Position numbers and translations under genes: made by a program
The notes under the pieces: generated by a model
What the model was told of the DNA's origin: nothing
The model's input: the letters and a program-made list of their open reading frames with translations, nothing else
Database searches by the model: none
Shown here: piece by piece, positions 21,278 to 32,700 of the stretch
Numbering within the stretch: position 1 is the first letter of the stretch
How the letters are laid out: each line of letters begins with the position of its first letter
DNA from: Epithemia pelagica
Lineage: Eukaryota > Protista > Bacillariophyta
Assembly: GCA_946965045.2 (NCBI GenBank)
Contig: OX337228.1
Location: 6,014,001-6,078,000 of the forward strand
Direction of reading: 5' to 3'
Length of the DNA: 64,000 nt

Positions 21278-23452
21278 CTAAATACCAAACACTGGTTTTC
21301 GTTTGCCCGAAGATTTGTGTTTCATACTAAACTCTCCCTTTTTGTGCCTTTGTTTCCATTTATTTCTCCCAGCGGTACTTCGGCCCTGCTTCGTATTTGC
21401 ATAAATTCGTGGATCCTTGTCAACCTTTTGTTTCTTGCTGCTCTCGGCGTTCTCTTCTTCTTCGTCCTCCATGAATTCAGCAAAAGGATCATCTCCTTCT
21501 CCGCCATCTCCTTCACTTGATCCAATTGCATTATCAAATGATTTCAATGGGTCTTTGGCATCCATACTGGCACGATCGACTTTTTTCCGGACGTTTTTGC
21601 GTTTCTTCTTTCGGAGCTTGGCCACTTGCATCCCTTGAGGTAGCAAATACTTTGGGACATGGCCCATGTGATCCTGGATGCGAGAAGAGTGTGTGCTAAC
21701 TCTATCGTGTTGCAAAACTTGTAGATCTACAGGGTTCTCCTCAAAATGATCTTGTAAGCGTTCTGAATTCAACACTTCTGCTCGCAATTCTGCCGCTCGG
21801 GCCTCCCGCACAGCCGTTTTCGTTACGGCCCGAGAAACATCCTCGACACGGTAACGAAACCCCTCAATTTCGCTCAAATCAAAGTCCAGAGGTGTGGGCT
21901 GTGGCTGTTCTCTAGGCAGAACACTTGCCTCCGTGCTAGAATTTTGTGGCGCATTTCCGACCGGAGAATGACCCGATGCTCCCGGAGTGGAATGTTTGGT
22001 GGAGGAAGAAGATGCCGCATGGAGAGTGTCGGTTGATGCCCCAACGAGTGGAATTGTTGGTTGATCGTCTTGAACTGCCTCGAGTGTCTGCAATTGCTCC
22101 GAGGATTCTGCTTCCACCAAACTCAGTGCCACCCCCACTGCTCCTCCTCGAGCGGTCCGACCAACGCGATGAGCGTAGGAACGTGGATTGGGTGGGAAAT
22201 CGACATTCAAAACAAAGGACACGTGTCGGAAATCCAAACCGCGTGCCACACCATACTCTTGATCCCTTTTGGTTATAGATTGTCTTGTTGTTGTTGTTGA
22301 CAGTTTCATGGGCTTGTCGTCGTCACCGTGGTCATCCTCCTTATGATCGTTAGGTGCATCGTCGTCATCCTCCTCCTCCTGTTTCTCTCTCAATGAGTCT
22401 GGAACATCAGTACTGCTATCGGTGGCGATCAAATAGTCAAAATTTCCCATATTAAACTGATCGAGAATGTCCATTCGACTTCGAAACGGTAGCTCGGCGT
22501 TCAGTACAGCCGACCGAATATGAACTTGTTCCAAAAACAACTTGAGACGATAGCCTCCATCGGTGGAGTTGACAAAAAATAATCCTTTGCCTTTTAACAG
22601 CCCCAATTTGAGAAAGACATAAATGACAAGATTTTTATCAGTTTTTGGCAGTGTCAAGTAAAACTGTTTGAGTTTTCGGCCCATTTGTTTTTCGTCATCT
22701 TGGAGCTTGAGTACAACCGGTGAGTTTAACATAATGTCTTTAAGAGAGTCCACTTCGGGTGATAAGGTGGCCGACATGAGGAATCCTTGACATATTCTGG
22801 GCAATGCTTTGACAATTTCGGCAATTTCATTGGAATAACCAAAGGAGAGTACGAGATCGGCTTCATCCACAACTAGGGTTTCTACCGAGGACTCCAAGGA
22901 GACTTTTCCACTCCGAATATGGCGCAAAAGTCCGGCTGGTGTAGCCACCAGGACTGAGGGATTGTCTCGAAGCATGGATTCTTGCCATTGCAGTTCGTGT
23001 TTGGACGTTTCTCCTCGTGCTTGTCCTACCGACAAGACGGCCAACGACAGGACTTCGTCGCAATAATAGGTCAACGCCTGGATGGTCTTTTGTACTTGGA
23101 AACATAACTCTCGGGTGGGTACCAAAATGACAGCACCAACACTGGACCGCTTGGATTCGTCTCGTACCAAGAGTTTGTGCAACAAGGGTATGGCATAGGC
23201 CAAGGTTTTGCCGGACCCCGTCTTGGCCCGAACCAGCAAATCACGGCCCGATGACAGAGCGAGGGGAAGGCATTTGGATTGGACCAAGGTTGGTTTCACA
23301 TAGCCCAATCGTGAAATGGCTTTTCGGAGACGCTGGTCCAGACCCACCTTAACCGATAAGGACTGGAAGGTGTCGTCGGGGTCCAACAACAGTGGCGGCA
23401 TGGTGGATGGTGGTTTATGGGAGACTTTGGCCACAACACGAAAACTGTGCAA
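21278..23452 (-). CDS. DBP9: DEAD-box RNA helicase DBP9/DDX56 (60S biogenesis); likely start ATG 23401
   Basis: PTLVQ, AKTGSGKTLAY, LVPTRELC, VDEADLVLSFGY, SATLS, LNAELPFRSR, EYGVARGLDF, YAHRVGRTAR, IEGFRYRVED, DHFEENPVDL. Confidence 0.95.
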   Translation of the reverse strand: MHSFRVVAKVSHKPPSTMPPLLLDPDDTFQSLSVKVGLDQRLRKAISRLGYVKPTLVQSKCLPLALSSGRDLLVRAKTGSGKTLAYAIPLLHKLLVRDESKRSSVGAVILVPTRELCFQVQKTIQALTYYCDEVLSLAVLSVGQARGETSKHELQWQESMLRDNPSVLVATPAGLLRHIRSGKVSLESSVETLVVDEADLVLSFGYSNEIAEIVKALPRICQGFLMSATLSPEVDSLKDIMLNSPVVLKLQDDEKQMGRKLKQFYLTLPKTDKNLVIYVFLKLGLLKGKGLFFVNSTDGGYRLKLFLEQVHIRSAVLNAELPFRSRMDILDQFNMGNFDYLIATDSSTDVPDSLREKQEEEDDDDAPNDHKEDDHGDDDKPMKLSTTTTRQSITKRDQEYGVARGLDFRHVSFVLNVDFPPNPRSYAHRVGRTARGGAVGVALSLVEAESSEQLQTLEAVQDDQPTIPLVGASTDTLHAASSSSTKHSTPGASGHSPVGNAPQNSSTEASVLPREQPQPTPLDFDLSEIEGFRYRVEDVSRAVTKTAVREARAAELRAEVLNSERLQDHFEENPVDLQVLQHDRVSTHSSRIQDHMGHVPKYLLPQGMQVAKLRKKKRKNVRKKVDRASMDAKDPLKSFDNAIGSSEGDGGEGDDPFAEFMEDEEEENAESSKKQKVDKDPRIYANTKQGRSTAGRNKWKQRHKKGEFSMKHKSSGKRKPVFGI

Positions 23453-24488
23453 TTCATTGGTGTTGAATGAGTCGCAGTTACAGTATGTCCGTCTACACTG
23501 ACTGGGGCGCGGACTGGTCGACTATTGCCTAATGTTACTTAGAGATGGCGATATCCCCCAACCAACCAATCCACAGGTTTTGGGGGTGTGATGGTTTGTG
23601 TAGGGTACACCCCACACGTACTATGTGACTGGCATTCGGTACCGATGGAGTGAGATCTTCCGTCCGAGCGAGGAGGAGGGGACGGCGATTGGGATACGAT
23701 GGGGGAATTTATGGTCGGAGTGACCACCCTCCAATCCGTTTTGGTGTCTAAGTAACCCAATGAATAACGTCTTTCCATGCGGTCGTTGGTAATCCTTGTA
23801 CTATCATCACGCTGGCACGCTTGCGGGGTGCAGCTCTGAGACTGATACTCCACCCCCTTCAGTCTTTTGGACAGAACAAAAGATCGAGAATCGAGAATAG
23901 CGTGCGCAGTGCGCAGTCACTCTCACGTTTCCGCCCATAAACTCATCGCTCTGCGAAGCGGCCGGTCATCTCTCCTGCTCCTGCCTGGCGCAAGGTACAT
24001 AGAACAAACACGAGAGAGCGACAGCAACGAACGGACACATTGGCAAGCAAGATCGACAGCGAGTGAGCGAGAGCTGTTGGTGGTTGTTTTTCTGTGGTGG
24101 CCGTACAAAACCTCACACACGACACGCTGGGACCTACTACTATAGAGGGAGGACAAGCAGCACTAGAGAGAGAGGGAGCAGCGGCGCTCAGAGACGGACG
24201 TTTGTGTGTGTGTTGTGAGTGAAGAGAGCGACGAGAGAGTGAAGGGGAGAGAGAGTTTGTTGGCTTGGGTGCGCCGCTTGTCTCTAGGAGTTTGCTGGAG
24301 AAGAGAGAGGGGGGTTTTGTTTGGATATAGTAGAACGAGTGAAAGAATTTTGCGGGAACACACACACACAAGCGAGTTGGTGAGCTGGGGGAACAAGAGG
24401 CAAAAGAAGAAAGAGGGTTTGACTTTGTGAAGAAAGAGGGGACGTATAGTGGTGGTTGGTTTGTCAAATTGTTGGGTTTGTTTGGCCA

Positions 24489-27400
24489 ATGAAAAGTTCA
24501 TTGGAGGATTCTCGTTCGACACGACGACGGGTGCAGCGGAGCAGAATTATTGCTACATCATCATCATCAACAACAGCAGCAAATAATACAGTATCATCAT
24601 CATCTCCAGGGGCAAAACAAGACGAAGACGAAGAAGAGGACGCTGGTGGAATTGCAGGAACCAACAATACGAATAGGTCTGGCTCCTTCGCGACTACCGA
24701 GCCAACAACGCCTCAGGAAGTGGCGACAGAGCAAGAATTAATCTCTCATACCGCTGGATGGAATCCTCATGATAGTTTTTCCGAGGAACCCTTCCTCCCA
24801 CCCGCCATACCACATGCAGGTTCCTGGGAGGAATCGCATTCCTTTGATAGCAGTCACCATCCTCGACCTCACCATCAGCGAGATCAACGCAAAAATTATG
24901 ATACAACAACTCCCACATTGGTGGATGAAGAAGATGCCGAGGAGGAAGAGGAAGAAGGAAGAGATGCTGGCTTGGAGCACGAGGAGGAAGATGAGGAGGA
25001 TGAAGAATTGGCTTCAGCCTCTCGAGGAGCAACGACTGAAGAATTCTTGTCCTTGCAACCGCAGCTTAGTTCCTCGAGTAGCAGTCGACTGCGAAGGACA
25101 CCAGGGGCCAGTCAAATGCATCAATCTGCATCTGCTGGTTCGCCACAACAACGACAAACACCACAGCAATGGCGTTCTTTTGCATCTCCAGGGGAAGGAG
25201 AGAGAGAGGGGGAAGATCAAAGTACTTCTGGAGGTGAACCGGTGGAACATGCTGCTGCTTCTTCTTCGCATCACACGAACATTACCACGCGACCGCCCTT
25301 GGCTCCCAGTGGGGGAACGACAAGCACAACAGCTGGAGGAGGAGAAACACCGATTGCTGTAACAACGGCACGTTTGGCAGACGTGAGGGGGCCATTTGCC
25401 TTTACGCCATGGGCGAAGCAACAAAGACAGCAGCAGCAGCAACAACGACAACAGCAGCAGCAGACTCCATCCTCGAATGCAGCTGCTACTCCCTCCAGTG
25501 CCACCCAATCGGGAAGCAATAGTAGTGGTGGTGGTAACAACAATGGAACAGCCGGTGGAAGAGCATTTTCTCCCAATATCTTGCGTCTTACGGAAGATAT
25601 CGGGAATTTATTGCAAGAAGATGAAGATGACGATGATTACGCAATTGAAATACCAAGTGTATTTCGTGGGGGACAACAACAGCAAGGGGTTAGTACGGGT
25701 GGGACGGTAGGATTGACTGCAGGGGGAGGGAGAGGGACCAGTAGTAGTAGCAACACCATGGGAGGAGGACGCCGAGGAGGATCTTCGGACAATAACACTT
25801 CTACTGGATTTGGGGGAAGTACGACAGATGATGGAGGCGATTGGACGGGGTCCTATGTATTTGATCAAAATATTCAACATCAACAACATCATCAGGCAAA
25901 GTTTGGAACGTCCGGTCATTATCATTTTAACAGCCGACGGGGAGGGACAGTGCAACGTCCCAATACATCATTGAAAGATAGCAAGGCACGACGAAGATCG
26001 AATCATCACAACTATCACTACAACCAACACGTTGGTGGGGGAGGAGGAGGAGGAGGAGGGGGGTTTGCCTCTGGACATGCGGCACAACCGCAACAACCAC
26101 AATTCCATCCAGTGGGTTCCTCTTCCTTCTTTTTCCCCATTTCGAATACCATGCAGCCAAAGCCACGACATGTGAGCGAGACGCACCCGGTGTTTGAGTT
26201 TGGGAAACAGCAACATGCTGCGCCGGGGACACCAGGGATGGTAGGGGGCGAACAGGGGAGTATTCATTTTGGTGGGGCCTTTGTACCACCGTCCAAAGAG
26301 CTACTGCATCAGGATCACCATCCACAACATCCTCATGAATCACAGAGCCAGGCCATGGTTGAACCACCACCACCACAATCCCAACCTCCACCACCGCAAC
26401 AACATCAACAGCCACCGCCATCCATGTTTTTGCGTCCCGTTACGTCTCCTCCGGGTAATGCAGCGTTTTTGTCACCCTTTCAGCATTTAACACCAACGCC
26501 ACCACCACAGCAGGTGATGGAAGGGGCTCCTCCCACTTTTGGGATGCCACCTTCTACATTTGGTTCGTTTCAAAACAGCAGTCATCCACCACGAGTTGTG
26601 GACGGGTCGGCAACTGGGTTAATTCATCCAGTTCCGAGCCATCCCTTTGTTGTTTATGGGGCACCACCACAAGGTGATGGACCACCATTTATGGTTCCAC
26701 ATGTTGCTGGAGTTCAATACCATCCCAGCCAACAGGACCAGCATCATTCGGAAATGCATGCGACAGCACAAGAGTTCGTACCAATGTCCACAAGAAGTAC
26801 GACACCTCCATTCATGGGAACTGATCAACGGTGGCAACCTCACCCTGTCCCTGTTCCCCTGGGCTTTGACCAGCCCCCACCAGGAGTTGTAGACGCAGGG
26901 AATTGGCATCATGTAGAGGCCGCTTCCAATTATCCTATGAGCCCATCCTCAGTCTTCAACATACCTCCACAGTCGTATGGTGGCGACCCTACCGGAAGGG
27001 CAACCATGACTCCATCTCCACACTTTCAGTCATGGCAACCCCCTCCACCTCTGGCTCCACCATTGCAGACAGACCCGGCTCATTACGGTATGCCTCCTCC
27101 ACCTCAATCAAACAATCCCGTCGAAGTTCCTCAGTTAAGTCGTCCACAATCAGCACCAAGTCAGAATGCGGTGTCAGCCCCTTCCCCTGATATTTCACAG
27201 GGGAACCGGAGCAAGAAGGAGAGTCGACGGAGCACGAGGGGGAGGAAGAAGAAACCAAAAGCCGCAGAAAAATCTGTAGCCATTGCAAGTGCAAGTAACA
27301 CTTCTAGTAAGAGAAAGGGAAAGGACGGAACTCGGTCGGCGTCCGTTGCAAGCAACGTTGCAAGCAACGAGGGAGCTGCTGACGATTTGGCAGTATCCGT

Positions 27401-29603
27401 CTCGGAGGATCCTGCGGATTTGAAGAGGGCCGAGCTGGAAGAAAGTCCTGCGACGAGAATTGCCTTCAAAGACTTTTATCGGGCCTTCCGTTTGGAAGAA
27501 AGGCATTCGTTTCAAAAGGCCGAAGACCTTGCGCAACAAGTGCTGAGCGATGGCTCGTTACCTGAATCAATTCACTGGAGGGTGTACCTGGAACTTGCCG
27601 ATTTGGCAAGGCGGTCAAACCGATACATTGAAGCGCGAAGATTATATCAAAAAGTGTGTCAACTTCAACCATTTGCGAGTCAGGGGTGGCTCGAATACAG
27701 TAAGTTGGAGGAAGATTGCGGTTTCATGAATCGTGTGTCAAATATTCTTCATGCAGGCCTTGAATACTGTGAATATAGTGAGACATTGCTCACTCGGGCC
27801 GTGAAGCACCAAGAAAAAATGGGGAATCTTTTCAGCGCTCGGGGAATTCTCGCTCGTTTAAAACATGTAGGTATTGATAAAGTCTGGCGGACAGTTCTGG
27901 AGGGAGCTCTCCTGGAATCGCGTGCAGGGCACTATGACATGGCCCGTCGTGTCTTGAAGTATTTGATGCACCATGTTCCTTGGTATGGTCCTTTATATCT
28001 TGAAGCCTATAAGTTAGAAAGGGATCAGGGGCATCCTATTGACGCAATGCAAATTGTGGAGCGAGGACTTACGACTCTCCCTCGCTACGGACCACTCTGG
28101 TTCGGTGCTTTTCGGCTTTACGAGGAAATGGATATCACAGAAAGGCAGTATCACCTTCCAAGAACCATGGTGATGATTGAGCGAGCAAAGTGTACGATCA
28201 GCAAGGAGCTTGTGTGGAAACTTCACCTTGAAGCAGCCCAAATGCTTGAACGAACCGCCCTTGCCTTTGTCGAAGAATCTGGATTAGATCTGGGCTTTTA
28301 CTTGTCTCCTGTACGACGTCGCCTCGTCCTCACAATCTTAACTTGTCCACAAAATCTACGGTGGAAAGTTTGGTTGTCAGCGGGGCGAATGGAACTTGTC
28401 GTGGGAAATGTAGACATTGCCCATGCCCTCTTCCAGCGAGCACATTATTGTGTTCAACAGAAGAGTAAGTCTGCGACCGTTCTTGACTGTGCTCGCCTTG
28501 CCGAATTCAAAGGTGACGTCGACCTTGCTCGCGCAATACTGGCCAAAGCTCGTTCGTACTATGGTAACGACTGGAAAGTTTGGTTCGAGAGTGTCTTGGT
28601 TGAGATTCGCAACGACAATCACAATAGAGGATACGAAATTGCATTGAACGGTCTTGAGCTCCACACTGGGAGTGGGAGACTCTGGGCAACACTCGTTCAA
28701 CTGGGACAGTACGTACAAGGTGATGAAATACAAATATCTGCACTTGAGCGGGCTCTCAGTGCTGTCCCGAAGAGTGGTGAAGTGTGGTGCGAAGGGGCTC
28801 GCATCCATTTGAACCCGTTCTCGTGTACATTTGATCTTCATCGATCACGGCGATATCTCCACTTTGCTGCCAGATTCACTCCGCAATTTGGTGACAGCTT
28901 TATCGAGTCAATTCGGTTGGAGGTTTTGTCGCAATGGCTCTTTCCAATCGCCAAGTACATATGGAAGAAAACTAAGCGAAGCTTCAACAACACTGAAACA
29001 AAAAATGGGGATCTAGGGAAGTACATTGCAGATGTGTTTTTGGCTATCGCTGTTGCTCGAAGGAACGACGCGGACAACCAAGCAAAAGTTCCCGAAACAA
29101 AGTTTAGGGAGATTGTGAGCACGCTGAGAAGGAAATTGAAAGTAGACAATCTCCGTTCATCTATTGACTTGACGGACTTGCGACTTGCTTGCACAAACGC
29201 GGACCCGAATTACGGTTCATTGTGGTTTCACTGCAGGAGACTCCCGATGTACACACCGCGACGTGTGATTGAGCATGCGGCAGAGGATATTGCTAACGAG
29301 ATCTTCAAATATGCGAATATCTACTTGGCGGCAATGATACGCCGAATGGCTGTGCTCGCTACTGCTGATCAAGAGATGCCTGAGGGGGCAGAAGGCGTCA
29401 TTGAAACAAACGAGACGGCAATTATAAACTGGGAAAATTATATTGACAAGAAACTAAGAGGTGCTACTTCCTTGCAAGACATCCTGACGGACCCACCTAC
29501 AGGGTTGGTGCTTTTGGAGAGTGCCATAGGTGGATCCGTCTTTATTACGGGCCTTTCAAAGTTAAACAGATACAGGCCTCTTGCGTCGATGGACGCTACT
29601 TGA
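24489..29603 (+). CDS. Large protein with ~950-aa low-complexity Q/P/G/S-rich N-terminus and C-terminal HAT/TPR repeat array (PRP6/crooked-neck-like RNA-processing fold)
   Basis: Repeated HAT-like helices such as WRVYLELADLARR..ARRLYQKVCQLQP, WLEYSKLEE, VWRTVLEGALLE, WKVWLSAGRME, WKVWFESVLVE, KSGEVWCEGARI. Single long ORF. Confidence 0.85.
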   Translation: MKSSLEDSRSTRRRVQRSRIIATSSSSTTAANNTVSSSSPGAKQDEDEEEDAGGIAGTNNTNRSGSFATTEPTTPQEVATEQELISHTAGWNPHDSFSEEPFLPPAIPHAGSWEESHSFDSSHHPRPHHQRDQRKNYDTTTPTLVDEEDAEEEEEEGRDAGLEHEEEDEEDEELASASRGATTEEFLSLQPQLSSSSSSRLRRTPGASQMHQSASAGSPQQRQTPQQWRSFASPGEGEREGEDQSTSGGEPVEHAAASSSHHTNITTRPPLAPSGGTTSTTAGGGETPIAVTTARLADVRGPFAFTPWAKQQRQQQQQQRQQQQQTPSSNAAATPSSATQSGSNSSGGGNNNGTAGGRAFSPNILRLTEDIGNLLQEDEDDDDYAIEIPSVFRGGQQQQGVSTGGTVGLTAGGGRGTSSSSNTMGGGRRGGSSDNNTSTGFGGSTTDDGGDWTGSYVFDQNIQHQQHHQAKFGTSGHYHFNSRRGGTVQRPNTSLKDSKARRRSNHHNYHYNQHVGGGGGGGGGGFASGHAAQPQQPQFHPVGSSSFFFPISNTMQPKPRHVSETHPVFEFGKQQHAAPGTPGMVGGEQGSIHFGGAFVPPSKELLHQDHHPQHPHESQSQAMVEPPPPQSQPPPPQQHQQPPPSMFLRPVTSPPGNAAFLSPFQHLTPTPPPQQVMEGAPPTFGMPPSTFGSFQNSSHPPRVVDGSATGLIHPVPSHPFVVYGAPPQGDGPPFMVPHVAGVQYHPSQQDQHHSEMHATAQEFVPMSTRSTTPPFMGTDQRWQPHPVPVPLGFDQPPPGVVDAGNWHHVEAASNYPMSPSSVFNIPPQSYGGDPTGRATMTPSPHFQSWQPPPPLAPPLQTDPAHYGMPPPPQSNNPVEVPQLSRPQSAPSQNAVSAPSPDISQGNRSKKESRRSTRGRKKKPKAAEKSVAIASASNTSSKRKGKDGTRSASVASNVASNEGAADDLAVSVSEDPADLKRAELEESPATRIAFKDFYRAFRLEERHSFQKAEDLAQQVLSDGSLPESIHWRVYLELADLARRSNRYIEARRLYQKVCQLQPFASQGWLEYSKLEEDCGFMNRVSNILHAGLEYCEYSETLLTRAVKHQEKMGNLFSARGILARLKHVGIDKVWRTVLEGALLESRAGHYDMARRVLKYLMHHVPWYGPLYLEAYKLERDQGHPIDAMQIVERGLTTLPRYGPLWFGAFRLYEEMDITERQYHLPRTMVMIERAKCTISKELVWKLHLEAAQMLERTALAFVEESGLDLGFYLSPVRRRLVLTILTCPQNLRWKVWLSAGRMELVVGNVDIAHALFQRAHYCVQQKSKSATVLDCARLAEFKGDVDLARAILAKARSYYGNDWKVWFESVLVEIRNDNHNRGYEIALNGLELHTGSGRLWATLVQLGQYVQGDEIQISALERALSAVPKSGEVWCEGARIHLNPFSCTFDLHRSRRYLHFAARFTPQFGDSFIESIRLEVLSQWLFPIAKYIWKKTKRSFNNTETKNGDLGKYIADVFLAIAVARRNDADNQAKVPETKFREIVSTLRRKLKVDNLRSSIDLTDLRLACTNADPNYGSLWFHCRRLPMYTPRRVIEHAAEDIANEIFKYANIYLAAMIRRMAVLATADQEMPEGAEGVIETNETAIINWENYIDKKLRGATSLQDILTDPPTGLVLLESAIGGSVFITGLSKLNRYRPLASMDAT

Positions 29604-29792
29604 GAGGAGAAGGGCTTTGTTTGGGACAGACGCCCTTTTCCCGTGATGCGACCTTGTATCTTGGGAAATGCAGGAATTGATTTTGTTGGAAAGAATCGCG
29701 GCTCGAAGCTTTCTTTTGCAAATAGAGAACTGTTGAATTAATAGAAACTTATTACAAAATACCTGACGCAACCCATCACTTGAAACATTCGC

Positions 29793-32700
29793 TCAAGTGC
29801 CATTCGGCTCTATCGTCGTGTCCCGTTCGGGTGAAGGTGGTGCCAACACGTAGCGCTTGTCCCAATTCATGAACCCACGGCAATTTCTTGTGCCACAATG
29901 ACATGGGATTCGTTTTGATGGATCATATTCAAGGGGGAACTTGTAGTCATAACAAAGCTCGTCTCCTTCGCGAATATCCTTCTTGGCGTAAATGACAATG
30001 CGCTTGTTACCCTCGACCGTAATAATCTTCGTGTAGCAGTTCGGATCACAGCTGGCATTGATGAAACGGGCCACGTTTCCAAGCTTGGTCGCATCACAAA
30101 CTGTGTCCTTGTCAATTCGGAACATGTAGTCGCTTCCAATTTTTGCCCGTTCGTATTCCTTTTCTCGCTTCTCAGCTCGAATATTGCCAATGATTTCTCC
30201 CCGATATTCAACAATCAGATCACCCACACAAATGTCACTATCGGCAAACACTCCCCAGTTGTGAATACCGCTGCGGCCAAATCGAAGTTGCGATTCTCTG
30301 CTTGCCAACATGTCAAGGCCAAGTCCGGACAAATTCGAAACGCCTTTGATGATTCTTCGTTGTTTAGCTCTTGCGGCTCTATTTTCACTGGACTTATCAC
30401 CATGATCCGTCTCAAGTTTTCGACGAGCTTCTCGGATATTTCTAGGAATATCGGTCGCTTCGGAGGGGATGAAGCTCATGGGACGCCTCATGAGCCTCTG
30501 AGCATCAAAGGCAGCTTCGCGAGCACACGTGGGCTTGAAAACAGTGAGGTCCTCCTCGGGCTTGGCCAAAGCCTCAGTTATTTCCGCCGAATCATCTTTT
30601 TTATTCTCAGCCTTTTTCGCCTTTCGTCGGAGCCACTTTTTTAGTCCCTTGTCTTTTACTTTGACTCGTTTGATAGCAGTGGAAGACGGCAATGGTAACT
30701 TTGCAGCATCAAGAAGGCTTTCGCTATCCACAGCGAAATCCACAGCGTTGCAGGAGCTCACAGCCAATGACGCCATTCCAAAAAACTTGTTGGTGCTTTC
30801 AATGTCTTTCATCATAGCTTGTTTGCGTCTCTTTTTTGCCTGAGTTCGAAAAGCTTCCTCCAAATTCCTCGTGACCTGGCTTTGACAATGTTCACAGTCA
30901 CACATTCCCGCGCAACACGGAAGCTCAGGCGACAAATCAGGATCTTTAACGGAGGGCCAAGAGCAGGACTGCACACAAGACAAACACCAACGAGGTCCCG
31001 CATCCGTGTCATCCACTAGACATGACAAGTTTCTGCAGGTGATGAGTCTCTTTCCCGGTAGCCCACACCGATGGCATGTAACAGCCTTGTCGCATTCCGA
31101 TCCCTCTTCCTCTCTATGTTCCATTCTGTCGAGGCTCGCTGAGGTCGATCTATAGATCCCATTGTCATATGTGTAGTTGACAAATAAGTTGACGATAGAA
31201 TCCTGTGTGCTTTCTTCATCTCCGTGTTTTACGCTCCATCCCAGAACGATCAACTCCTCAATGGGGACAACATATTGAACACGGTTCTGTTGTCGGCATT
31301 GAAATACTTCGAATTTGGTATGATGAGGCAACCTGCCCGTCTTTGTCTGCTGAGGAAGAAAGAGTCGATTCAACGTCACCAATGCCAATGTCGTGGTGGC
31401 TGCGTCTGGTTGTTCTACCTTGACCACTTCACCAATCAATCCATGCGTACCAATGGCATAATCTTCCATGGAAGCATGGTTGCTATTTGATTCGTCATTC
31501 TGTGTATCGATACTAAAGTATTTGCCAGCAAGCCACCTCCAATTGGATACTTGCTGCTGGACCGAATCATTGCCGTCCCCCATATGCCGAATCTGTGCTT
31601 GCGAAGATGATGGCGTATTTCTTGGACGCTTGCGCGATGGTGTGTTATTGTTGTTGTTCCCTGTAGACAAACGCGTTGTATGATTAGGTCCCTGCTTAGC
31701 AGAAACAGGAGAAGCCTGATTGGTTTCACCATTTGTTTGAGTCTGCAAAGACTCCAGTTCCCCATTCGCCCCCGATTCCCCATTTTCAATTGTCCCCTGC
31801 TTCCCCTGCAACGGCCTTTTCTTAATTCCATTGCTTGTCGAATTATTGTTGTTTTGTTGAAAAAGTTTGGCTGGAACTCGTTTCTGAATCACCCATTGTA
31901 CGCTATTGCTTGTTGTGGTTCCTCCTCCCAGGTGGCCCCCCTTGGAACCAGGATGCAACAGACGCATCTTGACAACCACACGATCTTTGCCTCCTCGTAT
32001 ACGCAGCTCATTACGATAATTTCGACGAGCCTTGTCATTGGCAAGTTTGGTCACGTCTACATCTTGATCCACCCGGGTCAAAAAGGAAAAGTATTGAAGC
32101 ATGTCACGTTCAACCAAGAGTTCGACCTTCCACGGTTTACCAGGTTTTCGTTTCCAATAGTCGACAAGGGCAATCACCTCGCCTTCTAATACACGGCGTT
32201 GCTGTTGCTGATCATTGAGAATGTGCTTGGGAAAATGACATCGAATTCGTTTCCCCACCAAGGCCAAGCCATCGTCACGACCGGCAATTGGATCGACCCA
32301 CACACTCAAAAGCTTATCATTTGGCAAAATTGGTCGGCTCATACTTGCTGCAGTGGGTATACCTGGCTTTATTTCTTCCTTTTCGTGTGGTTGCTGTTTG
32401 ACAACATGGTTTCCTGAGGAATTGTGCCGAAGGGCGACGACGCATCCAACCTTGATGCGAAAGGGGCTAGGCCGTTTGCCAAGTTTCTTTGTTGTTGAAG
32501 CTCCATTGCTGTCCAGTTTAGTTTGTGGCATGGAGGTCACCGTTTTCGTGGAATCCTTTTGTGTTGTTCGATGTGGAGTGCTGTCCGCTGAGGGACGTTT
32601 CTTGATACTGCTGGGTTTGGATGGACGATTGGCAAGAGCCGTTGTGGACCGGTTCGCACTATTGTTGCCAGGATTGTCCTCGTCCTGGAAGCGCAGACTC

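Noticed and set aside
23860-24470. GA/CA-rich region with several short ORFs including a 174-aa minus-strand ORF
   Set aside because: Microsatellite-rich divergent promoter/5' UTR between DBP9 and the HAT gene. The ORFs have low-complexity, non-protein-like composition.
29601-29603. TGA stop of the HAT gene as possible selenocysteine readthrough (eEFSec is in the window)
   Set aside because: No redox motif context, the readthrough peptide looks random, and no SECIS was recognised. A 1-bp indel explains the tail better.
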